From contig NMRA01000114.1 of the NCBI GenBank assembly GCA_002633005.1, forward strand, positions 522,835-586,834: a DNA stretch of 64,000 bases. The letters are read 5' to 3'. Below are positions 14,821-27,700 of the stretch, piece by piece. A model generated the notes under the pieces. That model made no database searches. It was not told the DNA's origin and was given only the letters and a program-made list of their open reading frames with translations. This DNA comes from Phoronis australis (taxonomy: Eukaryota > Animalia > Phoronida). Made by a program: the position numbers and the translations under genes. Every line of letters starts with the position of its first letter. The stretch's first letter is position 1.

Positions 14821-17800
14821 ATGGAATTCAGTGCTATTAGAATACTTTCTATGGGCTTCTGCCGTCGATTTAGTGGATTTGGTTTCCATAATTCGTCGCT
14901 AACTCGGCAGTTTCAAGAAAGTTGTTTTTCGCGAAAAGTTCAGGAAGTGAAAAATGCGTCAGCCAAAACTAAAAGCCAAAGGCAAAGGACACTGATGCGG
15001 CCTCTGACGACTCCAGCCTGTTCCATGCCAGAAAAGTTACCGGAATATCTCGATGCTAGCGATGGCGTGACGGGGCAGACAATTGCTTCATCATGTCGAA
15101 TTTACAATGAATTTATAACAGAAGAAGAAGAGCAGAGTATTTTAGACGAAATTGAACCGTACATGAAAAGACTTCGCTATGAATATGATCATTGGGACAA
15201 TGTAAGAGTAGTCAACAGACATTTAAAATGTGGAATTAGTTTGACTTCTTATCAGGATATAGCATGTATAAAATAAGAAGGACATTCCATGACAGATCAA
15301 TAGCTATAATAATAAATAATTGCCTTGTTGCACCCCAAACCGTTGCCTGTGCCAAACTGATTTTGCGCATTCAATTTGGCACGGGTTGGTGTGCCAAACT
15401 GATGCCTGCGCCAAAACTTAACTTACCTAAAGTTTCCAAGTTACTGTCAGTGGTTTATGGTTTTTTAACGTTTATCAGAACTGAAATTGACAATGAGCGC
15501 TCACGTATGTAGGTCATATGGATAAATCACATGGGCGATGTGTCCTGAGAAACTATTACTCACCTCCCTCATTGTCATCAATTTCAGTTCTGATAATCAT
15601 TGAGAAACGCTATTAAACACTGACAGTAATTTGAAAATAGTTTGGCTCACTAACCCGCGCCAAATTGAAGTGCGCCAAATCAGTTTTGCCCAGGCATCAG
15701 TTTGGGCTGCTACAGCCTCCTATTCAGGATGAGATTACAAAGTCAGAGTTACAGCAACCTCGACTCTTGGGATGTTGTGGACATGAATTCCTTGTTTGAT
15801 CCAGACTTAGAGATCCCCCTTCAATACTTACTAAATCTGTGCATGTTAGGCTGGGGAGTTTGAGCCTTAATAAACCTGACCAAGGCCAGAAAGCCTGAGC
15901 TGCGATGCTATGAATATTTGCATTGAGCAGTATATGGTCTAGTGCTGCAGCACTCTCTGGTATTGAGTAATCCCTGGTATGTTTCTAAATTAGCGTATCC
16001 TTAAAGAAGAATACACAGCTACTATAACCTTGTTAGAGACACAGGCCATTCCGTGGTATAGTACGCGCCACAAGTAATCATATAAAAAAGCATTTGAAGT
16101 CATTCAAGAAACTCTGATTTTGTATTCCACTTGTGCTCAAATATCGTATAAAGTAATTCGGCGTGCTTGCGTGTAGCCGTCATGACGTGGAAATTCTGCT
16201 TGCTATTACTAGCCGCCATAACTGCGTGGCTATTTTGGTTCATTTTCTCTGATTATTTTTGGCATGTACTGTACCTCGTACTTTGTCAGTAAATATGTAC
16301 AAGAATCGTCAGCACAAACCCATGGTATTTTGGTGATCGCTGTTTGGTTTCATTGCATTAAGCAGGGCAATTACCGCATCAACAATGACTTCAATGGTAA
16401 CCCCTTGAAGCGGGATAGATAATTGACCAGTTTATCAGTGTGTATGATTCTGGACTGCTGGGAACACTTAATAATAGACCAGATTTGTATCTACATTAAA
16501 AATTCTCTCTGTTGGGAGATAACTGTAAACTTTAAACCAATCAGTCCTGATCACAATATTTAGGGCCTTGGAAAACCTGTTTTTCATTTTAGGCAATACA
16601 AGGATATCGGGAGACAGAAAGAAAAAACTGGACAGCAAAGAACAAGGCAATTTTTCAAAGAGTACGCGATGTGGCCTTCCCCAGTGGAATCCCTCAGTTG
16701 GCCTTCATACATGTTCTGGACGTAGCCAAAAATGGACACGTAAAACCTCATGTGGATAGTGTTCGGGTATTCAGTACTCTCATTTTTGTGTGGTATTTTA
16801 TTTTTCAATGTCAAAAGAACCTGTAAAGTTAATGATGATGTAAATCTATGTTGCTGTGTTTATGATACTAGAAGCTTAATTGAAACAGCTATAAATCCAT
16901 CTTCGTTCACAAAAACTTAACTTTTGATTTAGACTACTATGGGACGTTTTGGTAATAAGGGTTTTGCGTGATTACCTGAATGTAAGCATTGCTTTGGGTA
17001 GGGCCTTGTTTCATTAGCGCCATCAAGTGTGCTTTTGACTGACTTGGGCATGTGCAAAAACACCAGAGGCCGATTTTTGTAGCTTGTGCTGTGAAGTGGT
17101 CGAATACGGTACATCATTTGACTTGCCACATCTTGGGGTCTTGCTTTTATTCTTGTAGACACCTTCAGTTTATGTCTTGTACATCTCCTTTCAGTTCTGT
17201 GGTAATACTATAGCTGGACTCTGTCTGCTCTCGCCCTCTGTGATGAGACTAGTACACGTAGATGACAAGAATTCATATGGCGACCTATTGTTGAATAGGA
17301 GGTGCTTGTACGTCATCAGGTAATATCTTTTTAAAGAAGCACAAAACTGAAGATACCATTGCTACCCTATGTAAAGCCAAAACGAAAGCAATTCAAAACA
17401 CTTATTTTACTACATCAGACATTGAAATATTACCCAAAATAATAATTTTCAGTTCTCGTTGATAAAATAGATTCACTAGGATTTTCTTTTTCACTGCAGA
17501 AATTATTCCGTATATAAAAAAGAACAGATAAATATCACTTACACTAAGAATTGTGGTGTAGCAAAAAAATTAACATACCACAAAAAATTCACACATCAGT
17601 GGAAATGTGACCATCGCAGAATAAAGAACTCATTTCAGAAATAAATATCACATGACAAGAAATGTGACCACTGAGAAGCACTTGACCAGGGAAATGATGA
17701 TCTTATTTACTTGAAGCAAGATGGCTGAGCCAAATGCCGAATGTTTGAGTGGTGATCTGAGTTATATGGTGTCTACAACAGTCAATCACGTTGACGAATC

Positions 17801-18691
17801 ACATTCTCCTAAACTGTCACCTACTCCTGACATGGTTAAATTTTTTATACATGATTTGGTCCTGGCGTAGTGTGGAATATTTCTGGTGAGTTATATGTAA
17901 GGGTATCAAGCATCCTGGTACATACTTTAGTGTGGTATGAACTGACAACAATGGTTTTGGTTGTTTCATCAGTTGACTTCTGCTTTACTTATTTTTGTTT
18001 GCTTGGTACTGAAGAAAGTCTGTACACTATACATTTGCCAGTTTTAACGTCTGTTCTTGCCAGAGTATCATTCTGAACAGTTGGATCTTTATGCAATAAC
18101 TGAATTTTGACTTCCGAAGAATTTCGCCAATTTAGAACACATTATGGCGCACTAGTGAAACCTTAATTTTTTCCTTTTATATTACCAATGAGTTGGAACA
18201 AATAAAAGCTTTTATCATTTTTTAAATTTCTGTGATGGTTATCAATTTTGGTAGTTATTTTTCGTCAGGTTTTATTGTATTTGTGCACAAAAGAAGACAT
18301 GTCAACTGTTCAGTGTATGGTGAAGGGTGAACAAAAAATGAACTTACATTTTTTAAAATTAATCAAAAAATAATATTCATATACTTCTGGAAAGAACTTT
18401 TAGCACACTGTCTTGTATTGTTACACTGAGTTCAGGTCTACCAAAATTGAAAAAATAATTGATTTATGTAAGATTAATTGAAACTTTTGTAGGTTCATCC
18501 TGTACTAAATACGTGTGGTTTTATTTCTTTGATTTTCTTTCTTTTGTTTCAGTGGTGACTCAAGATATAAATATACTCATGAAATACTACCAGAGAAAAC
18601 ATCAAAGTTCAAAGGTCATGTAATTCCCAGAGACAGACGTATTTCAATTATATGTAGAAACCAACCAGCTGAGGGTGACCCGACTGAATAA
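14821..18691 (+). CDS. ALKBH7: Alpha-ketoglutarate-dependent dioxygenase AlkB homolog 7, mitochondrial
   Basis: Exons 14821-15201, 16593-16766, 17195-17319 and 18553-18691 splice in frame: ...LRYEYDHWDN|AIQGYRETER...HVLD...KPHVDSVR|FCGNTIAGLCLLSPSVMRL...|...RYKYTHEILP...PRDRRISIICR. The HxD..H..R metal and 2OG ligands are intact. The N-terminus is Arg/Ser-rich like a mitochondrial presequence. The start codon choice is less certain. Confidence 0.93.
15326..15714. mobile_element. Non-autonomous TIR element (MITE) with TGT...ACA ends and a 4-bp TSD, Ginger-like, in ALKBH7 intron 1
   Basis: Ends TGTTGCACCCCAAAC / GTTTGGGCTGCTACA with long imperfect inverted arms, flanked by GCCT on both sides. 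A second family copy is at 59277-59630. Confidence 0.75.
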
Positions 18692-19324
18692 GTCACATAA
18701 CTGAGTAGGCGTCGGCACATCTTAATATGCCATCTACGCCAGAAGATTTTCTGCAAATTATACTTCATCTTGGCTTAAGTACCAAAATTACGTCGATATA
18801 AGTACCTTTCAAGCTTAGAGAGATAACTGTGAAGGCTGTAGATGTCTTTAAATACTTCCAATTCGGACAAATACTCCAGCAGTCAAGATTTTATCTGATA
18901 ACCCTTCATTCGCCAACAAAATTACTAGCTTACTTCTGTTGCTTTCAATATGCTCAAGGTCAAACTGAAACCTTCAGAGGGTCACGGAGAGATCACCTGT
19001 TTACCAGCTACACCTAGAAAATGCACTACAGATGGGGAACTTTGTACGATATAACTGATATGCTGTTATGGAAGAATCTAAAACATGGTTCTCACTTTCA
19101 ACATGAGTAATGTGTTTGTGGTTCTGGTATAATTTGAACAAGCTGAACATCAAGAGGATAAAGTTAGTCCATAAAAGCATACATGGTTCTGGTCTCTACC
19201 CCTACTCATTTTGAGACCTGCACTTACCAAAAACAAGAGGCCAGAATTAACCATGCTTTTTTGTTTGGCCTTATGTGGGACTTTGTGACAAGTCTGTGTA
19301 GTTTGTCTAATTTCTACTGAACTG

Positions 19325-19575
19325 GGGACCGTTCCAACAAAACTGACTTAGCTAAGACAAATCTCAAATTTTAGTAAATTTTAAAATAAGACTTAAATTT
19401 CTCTCGATACTGTTTCAGGAAAGAGATCTTATGTTTGAATTAAGTATTCAATTGATAAAAGTTTTGTCTTAATTTTAACTATCTTACTGGATCTGGAAGT
19501 TTCAAAGTATGGAAGTTAAGACAAATCTTAGATTAAGTCAAAAATGAACTTAAGTCAGCTTCTTGGAATGGGTCC
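19325..19575. mobile_element. Polymorphic MITE, PIF/Harbinger-like (3-bp CTG TSD)
   Basis: Imperfect TIRs GGGACCGTTCCAACAAAACTGACTTA / TAAGTCAGCTTCTTGGAATGGGTCC, with CTG on both sides. The second haplotype copy has the empty site AACTGGA (about 20981-20987). Confidence 0.8.
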
Positions 19576-20227
19576 CTGGACTATAAATGTTTACTTGGTA
19601 AACTTGAATGTTTTCTGAATGTACAAAAGCTGTAGAATTAGATTTTCAACTTTAGTCTGCCATTAATTGAATCACATGACCATGTCTTTTGAATAAAGTT
19701 CAGCTAAAAAGACACATTCATAGAAAAACAACACAACTATCCATTACCTGGAAATTTTTTTTTGTTTTTACATAAATGTTCAGGATAAAATCTCAGAAAC
19801 ACTTTTACAGTTGTCTAAGTTATTTTGTTTTCATTTTTAGGCACATGACTTATAAATTGGGGTTACAGATCCCCCCCCCCCCNGAACAAATAAAAGCTTT
19901 TATCATTTTTTAAATTTCTGTGATGGTTATCAATTTTGGTAGTTATTTTTCGTCAGGTTTTATTGTATTTGTGCACAAAAGAAGACATGTCAACTGTTCA
20001 GTGTATGGTGAAGGGTGAACAAAAAATGAACTTATATTTTTTAAAATTAATCAAAAAATAATATTCATAATTATACTTCTGGAAAGAACTTTTAGCGCAC
20101 TGTCTTGTTTTGTTACCAAAATTGAAAAAATAATTGATTTATGTAAGATTAATTGAAACTTTTGTAGGTTCATCCTGTACTAAATACGTGTGGTTTTATT
20201 TCTTTGATTTTCTTTCTTTTGTTTCAG

Positions 20228-20366
20228 TGGTGACTCAAGATATAGATATACACATGAAATACTACCCGAGGAAACATCAAAGTTCAAAGGTCAAGTAATT
20301 CCCAGAGACAGACGTATTTCAATTATATGTAGAAACCAACCAGCTGAGGGTGACCCGACTGAATAA
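20228..20366 (+). CDS. ALKBH7: Second (allelic) copy of the ALKBH7 terminal coding exon
   Basis: 139 nt, same length as 18553-18691. It encodes GDSRYRYTHEILPEETSKFKGQVIPRDRRISIICRNQPAEGDPTE*, with three amino-acid differences (K/R, K/E, H/Q). Confidence 0.8.
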
Positions 20367-22472
20367 GTCACATAACTGAGTAGGCGTCGGCACATCTTAA
20401 TATGCCATCTACGCCGGAAGATTTTCTGCAAATTACACTTCATCTTGGCTCAAGTACCAAAATTATGTCAATATAAGTACCTTTCAAGCTTAGAGAGATA
20501 ACTGTGAAGGCTGTAGATGTCTTTAAATACTTCCAATTCGGACAAATACTCCAGCAGTCAAGATTTTATCTGATAACCCTTCATTCGCCAACAAAATTAC
20601 TAGCTCAGTTCTGCTGCTTTCAATATGCTCAAGATCAAACAGAAACCTACAGAGGGTTACGGAGAGATCACCTGTTTTCCAGCTACACCTAGACAATGCA
20701 CTACAGATGGGAAACTGATATGCTGTTATGGAAGAATCTAAAACATGGTTCTCACTTTCAACATGAGTTGTGTGTTTGTGGTTCTGGTATAATTTGAACG
20801 AGATGAATTTCTAAGAGGATAAAGTTAGTCCATAAAAGCATACATGGTTCTGGTCTCTACCCCTACTCATTTTGAGACCTGCACTTACCAAAAACAAGAG
20901 GCCAGAATTAACCATGCTTTTATGTTTGGCCTTATGTGGGACTTTATGACAAGTCGGTGTAGTTTGTCTAATTTCTACTGAACTGGATTGTAAATGTTTA
21001 CTAGGTAAACTTGAATGTTTTCTGAATGTACAAAAGCTGTAGAATTAGATTTTCAACTTTAGTCTGCCATTAATTGAGTCACATGTTTTTACATAAATGT
21101 TCAGTATAAAATCTCAAAACCACTTTTACAGTTTTCTAAGTTATTTCGTTTTCATTTTAGGCACATGACTTAAAAATTGGAGTTTACAGATCCCCCCCAT
21201 TTACCTGATACCTTACAGACATTGCCTTGCCATACCCTTTGTGTTTTCAAGGCAATAAACCTAATCTGATGGAAATAGTTATAGGGGCCCTACTTTCTAA
21301 CAAAGGGGTAGTTGATATACCCTCATTAATACCTTGCTAACACCAGAATTCCTTTGATGTTCTAAGAGACCTCTCCGCCTGGTAAAGCATCTTGTCTACC
21401 CTAGTCCTGCTGTAGCAAGGACTCTGTAGACGCTATTCTCATGTCGTGCAAATATTGAGTTTGGTCATCACTAAAATTTATTAAATTCCTATTTTTTAAT
21501 ATCCACTCCTGCAAAAGTGTAGGATTTTAAAAGCAATTCCTAACAGTTATCTGAATGTTACATACGAATCTGATCAGCTACCTCTGAGATATGATGTTCC
21601 CAATTTAGGCAAAATCTGAACCTTTTTCTAGGATCCTACATATAATGATCTCTAGGACAATGTCATTGAGCCATGATATTGAAGGAAAATTTGTTACATT
21701 CAAGTGGTGATGTATTTATTTGTTCTGTGTAAATGTGTAATTAAGACTGGTGACATTCAAAATTTTGTTCATGTTATGCTATGTACCAGGTCTTTAAAGC
21801 TTATTAATAAAGGACTTTAAATCTATTGATTTCATTGCCAGGTAACATAATGACATCTGAATGTAGCATCCTTTTCAGTTTAGAGTGACACTCAGCTGAA
21901 TGAAATAAGCAGTTGGAGTCTGCGCTCAGTGTTATGACTGGGAGTTATATAATGTAGAACTCCTCATGTAATTAAGAACCCGAACTGGTCTGCCAAGAAT
22001 TAGTACTCCATGCAGGGCTGGGTGGTACAGCGGCGAGTTAGCAATGCCAATGAACGAAGGAACGAACAAAAACGATGTCATATAGGTCCTACAGAAGATC
22101 AAATGCAGTATGATCCTATCACGGCACATCAAAATTATTTTTTTAGGTGTTAACGTCAAGATTTGAATTAAAGTTTCGCTGCTGTTGCTCGAATATGATG
22201 CAGAAAGTGTGGGATATCGAAACAACTTAGCTACTAAAAAGTGTGCTTTCGTAATTTTTAAGGTAACACGTACGTACCCGGTACTGGTATTTAGTAGGCT
22301 ATATCAAAGAAAAGTGGTCGTCCGAGTTAACGCACTGCTTGATTAAAATAATTAAACACGCCAAACTTGAATTTTCAAAATTTTCACTTTTGACGCCAAT
22401 ATTCTCAATATGTTGTACACCAGCTTAAGATGCGTCCATTAGTTTCGCGTAGGCCCTTTGTGAATGCATTGT

Positions 22473-22586
22473 GCAGGCCCAAATTGTCACAAAGTCCCAA
22501 ATTGTCACGACTTTAAAATTGGGACAGTTTTGGTAAGGGGTGCAGGCCCAACTTTGTCACACTTTTTGCTTGTGACCTGGGCCTGT
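22473..22586. repeat. Small inverted/direct repeat element (CAGGCCCAA...TGGGCCTG), probable MITE remnant
   Basis: Repeated CCCAAATTGTCAC units with terminal inverted CAGGCCCA/TGGGCCTG. Confidence 0.4.
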
Positions 22587-24795
22587 ATACGCGCAACCTT
22601 AACCACACAAAGCAGAAAGTATTCCTAGGACGAGAGCCTGTGGGCCGTATACGGTTGGGGTTTTATTTCTGTGGTAAAAATGTTTTGTGCATGGTAAGTT
22701 TTTGGTGTGTGGTAAGGGTGCGCTGCTGTGGAGTGGGTTCCATCCCCGCATTGCTATATGCTGTTCGCAATTGAACCTGAGTTTTCAAGGAGTACTGTCT
22801 AGTTCAACTCTCAAAAAGTGTATCCAAAAGAAAAACTGTAGCACCATGACAATTTATAAGAAACTTGTTCCACACACTGGCTGACTGGCAGTGACATTTT
22901 CAGACAACCAACTCCTGCAGTTGTTGGGGTATAATTGAGCATACAAAGATCACGAAAGAGAGAGAGTTTTTACCGTAAGGGTACACATGTATACACACAT
23001 GAATGTAAAACAAAGTTTTTGTTCTTGAAAGCTCCCCGCATTTCCGTAGTATTGAAAACGAAATTATGTAATTATTTAAATAGATACTTTTCCGGCAACC
23101 ACCATGGGGACATGCAAAGATATGGTATACACTGCTCCAAGCATGCATAATATCGACAGCGAGTCTTTGGTGTACAATTTTGACGCTATACCATTTTAGG
23201 AACACAACAAAAATTGATGAAGCTAGGGAAATTCTGGGGCTATGCCTTTTACCTTATGTGAAACGCCGCTAAGAACAGTGTGACTCTTTCACTGATGCCG
23301 TCGTTTTTGGTTCTGCACCAGCGGCTGAACTTCAACTCGAACTCTAAAATCACGCGAGTTACCCACTAGTCTTCTCAGAAACGAAATATTGTCAGGGATT
23401 TATGTATTGAAATTTTGGATGAGCAACAAAATCGTGCATTTTATCATACGTATAGGCTAAAACGGTGTAATTTTGGTTTTGGTAATCCGTAACTATTTGG
23501 ACGTTGTACTCGGCAATTTGGGCCTGCACAACGTATCTATATAGCTCGGAGAATTTCGGCCACAAAAATCTATACAATTTGCTTTACCAGCTTCAGTCAC
23601 GCCAGTGAAATGTTTACATTTCGGAGCCGTTTTGTGTTGTAGGTGCGGAACGACTCAAGGCAGCATAATTTCTCCAATTTGAAAGCTTATTCACTACTTG
23701 CACACTTCAGCGGCGCCACTGTCGACCCGATTGAAACCGTAACCTACCTCCCAGGTCGGAAATTTGTTTTCCAAATCCGGCAAACTTGAAACTGCTGAAG
23801 AACACAATTCAGTCTCCCGTCAATCAAAATGTTTTTTTTTTTGTTGTTGTTGTTCCACACCAGGCCTTTTTGTTTTTCAATTGTTATGCCCTTATGTAAG
23901 AAGTCGATAATTTCTTTTCCAGCAATCAATTAAGATATGTCATGTAGAAGACGTGATCACCGATTTGCAAGTCATACAACTTGGCAATCATAATGTGCTT
24001 TAGAAACTAGACTTCCCTCATATTCACTCTAAACTTCATTGTTTCCATTGAAACAACAGTTAAACCATTTTATTGGTGAGTTGTACATCATTTTTACACT
24101 GATTCAGCGACTGACAAATAATAAACCACAACTTTCATGGGAATTTACGGCCATATTTTTTAATTTTGGGGGATTTATCTTGCTGAACATTTTTTTGTTA
24201 GTTCGATATTGTCTATTTCCATTCTATTTGCGTTATCAATCCTTGAACAATTACTCATTACATAGACTATATTAGCATGCACAAAGCTTTACATAATTGT
24301 TCTCCCGATAGCTCTGCTAGGAAAAATGTTCCATGGTGAATTTTTCATGACTCGGACAGAGGTCAGTACTCATCAAAAATAGGACTTTTTATAATTTATA
24401 AAACTGTAAAGCGTTTGTGACAATTTCTACCGAACAATTATATCATACGAATTTTTTCATGTTATTGATCCTGCTGTTTTGCTATGAATGGTTGCTCAGG
24501 CTAAATTTCCCTGAAAAAGCAAGGTCATGTGACCTAATAAGTAGCACATTGACATTGACATAAAGTCAAAAAGGAAAGTCTACAAATTGTACGCTTTCAG
24601 AAAAGATATATTTTACCTGAGTTAAGCTCTACAGTTTTGAAGAAATTTGGCTAAATGTACAATAAGACTTGCCGATACGCAACACACCTGTGACAACCAC
24701 AGATCACTTTGCAGGTCTTGGACCGTATTATCTCCCTTGATGGAAGCGGAATCAAACGACAACACGGCGGAAAAGAACGGAGAAAGAAAGCCAAG

Positions 24796-27700
24796 ATGGC
24801 GGACAAGAGTCGAGTTGTTGTGGAACTTGAAAAGTTCAGGAAAGCAAAAGACAAACTGTCAAAATATCAGCGCCATGATATTTACAGAGGTAGTGCTTTT
24901 CCGCCTATGACTATAGAACCGTTTCCACATGAAAGGCAAAGGCTTGCGGGCATGACAGACGCAGATCGGGCCCTGAGGAAACAGTGGCTAGCCGACCAAG
25001 TTTTGAGTCCAAACGAACCTCGGTATATCCCTGAGGTTGATCCGCAGAATGTCTTCAGGCGAGCAATTAGATATCCGTGGGATGTGCTGTTCAAGAGTTT
25101 AGTTCCAGCTTTAGTAAGTATCCAGGTTGTCATCTCGTTGTGTTGCCTTCCGAAATCTGTCTCGCCTCTTGAGACTGAGTCTCCGAGTGAGACGTCAGCT
25201 GCCTTTGGCTTTGGCTTGCTTTGGCGTTCAGCTGTAAATTTAGGGCTTTTGTCAGTTTTGGAGAATTACATATATCTGTACATCAATGTACAGTAAATGT
25301 CATCCGAACTGTGCTACAGTTTGGAGTCCCGCACAAAATAGGGGACCTCATCTCATTCCAACATCTTTTCAAAGGTTTGCCAATTTAGGAAAATTAGGAA
25401 GGCGATCTATTAAGCAGCTGCAGCTTTGGGCCTCACTTGAAATAGGGCCCTGCCTAGTCTTGGGGACATCTCGCACAAAATAGGGGACCTCATCTCATTC
25501 CAACATCTTTTCAAAGGTTTGCCAATAGGAAAATTAGGAAAGCGATCTATTAAGCAGCTGCAGCTTAGGGTCTCACTTGAAATAGGGCCCTGCCTAGTCT
25601 TGGGGACATCTCAAAAGTCTAGGTGATTGGGGAGGCCCTCAGTTGGAAAATTGTAGTACCCAGCAGGGGAGTGTTTATTGAGTTTGGGCTGTGATAGTTT
25701 GGCATAAGCGGTAAGAACAAGGGAGAAATTTTTACTAGTAGTACTACAAGTAGGGGGCCCCGAGTCTTTCTATGCATTGGGGGCTCGTTAATTAAGAACC
25801 AGGCTAGAATCCAGGGATGTGGAGCACTCACCTCTTATTGACATTGATTTATTCTTCCTTAATTTGTTGAAAACATGATTAAACTTTTTGTTTGATAGCT
25901 TGATACAGTCACTTATAGTGTTGAAACAATCTCCTTTCTTCAGGTGTGCAGCTATGTAGAAAAACTCCGAGAGACAAAACTAACAAACAAATCAAAACAC
26001 TAGCTATATTTCGAGACTGCATGTCTTGTCATCAGACAATAAGTAGAACGACGACTCTGTATTAAGCTTTCAAACAAAAAGATTAGTTGTGTTTTCAACG
26101 AAGTTTGTGTTAATGATGGGATGCTACTGAACTATACTGATTTCCTTAATTATAGGTGTGTGTCAAAATCTTATTTTTTTCAGTCAAAATTGAATGGATG
26201 AAATGAAATTCATGGAGGACCTTGTTCTCAATGTCATGGGACTTATTTTTCTAAAATTCTAAAAGCTAAGTTTTTATTCTTGTGACCATGATGTTTGATG
26301 GCAATCCACTGAATGTTCACTTGTCTGATTACAGGGCTTCAAACGTGCTGCCATCTATAGGGCTATCATCCCTAAGATGGTTGCTGGCGTCGCCGTAACA
26401 TACCTAATAGCGTACCACCTCCGCCACGCTCCGAACACATGGGAGACAAACTCTGGATGGAATATCACGATGACGAAGAAACCAGTATTCAGTCGAGTAC
26501 GTAGTGGACTGCAATATTTTCACTGCTATTTCAGAACATGCACTGTTGTGAATGGGAGGCAGGGGGACCCACATGAATGGGGGGAGGGGTAGTAGGGTGT
26601 AAGTATTGGCAGTTGTGTACTCATGTGAATCGTTTCCTTACATGTGTTCATCCGTTTATACCTTGGGTTTGTGAAATAAGCACCTTGGCAACTCACGACA
26701 ACACTGCATGGAATTTAAACAAGCGTTTCAAATTGCAAACAATAGTTTCATAGTTTGATCATTATTGAATGGCATTCAACTCTGGCTGTGGCATTATAGA
26801 GAATGGGTGTACATTGATTAAAGATTTTGTTTTCATTTTAAATGAGTTGGAACATTTGAGCAAAGGGAATAATTTTAAAACAGTCTACTGGTACATTTTT
26901 TGTAATTTGGAAATCTTTTTTCACTGTTGCAAACTTAACTGTGTTTGGTTAGGATATCTGTACTTTTTTTATTTACAGCGGTAATATGTTATTGTAACTG
27001 ACCTTATCAATTGCTAGTTTCAACAAACGCCATTAAGCTGCGCCCACCATAATTACCTTTATGAGGTCTTACAGGTGTAAAGCAAATATGGAAAAAATCC
27101 CCTCTACACCTACTACAATAACAAATTCTTTTTGATGTGTTTCCAATCCCAGTGATATTTCAATGGCACTTTTACCAGCATGGCACTACACAGTCCACTT
27201 GTCTTTGAGCCCATTCATAGATAGCACTAACCCATTCATATCAACGGAGGTTCATTCAGTTGCTAGATCCGTTCAAAGTGTTTGTTCATCTGATCGTGAG
27301 GTATACTGCATGCTATTGTAACCCACTATCAATTTTTCATGTTCGCCATCTGTAATAGTTCTAAAACCATTGGTCAAAAGGAAAACCCATCATTCTGCTT
27401 TTGCTGGCAACAAATGTTTGCGCGTCAAGTTGTAGGACGACTGAACTGGTTACATTTTTCCCTGTGCCNNNNNNNNNNNNNNNNNNNNNNNNNNNNNNNN
27501 NNNNNNNNNNNNNNNNNNNNNNNNNNNNNNNNNNNNNNNNNNNNNNNNNNNNNNNNNNNNNNNNNNNNNNNNNNNNNNNNNNNNNNNNNNNNNNNNNNNN
27601 NNNNNNNNNNNNNNNNNNNNNNNNNNNNNNNNNNNNNNNNNNNNNNNNNNNNNNNNNNNNNNNNNNNNNNNNNNNNNNNNNNNNNNNNNNNNNNNNNNNN

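Larger units (their letters stand above)
18196..21197. repeat. Direct duplication (18196-19882 vs 19884-about 21197) of the ALKBH7 last exon and 3' region; likely uncollapsed haplotypes
   Basis: The copies are joined by a single N at 19883. They are highly identical apart from SNPs and indels. Confidence 0.85.
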
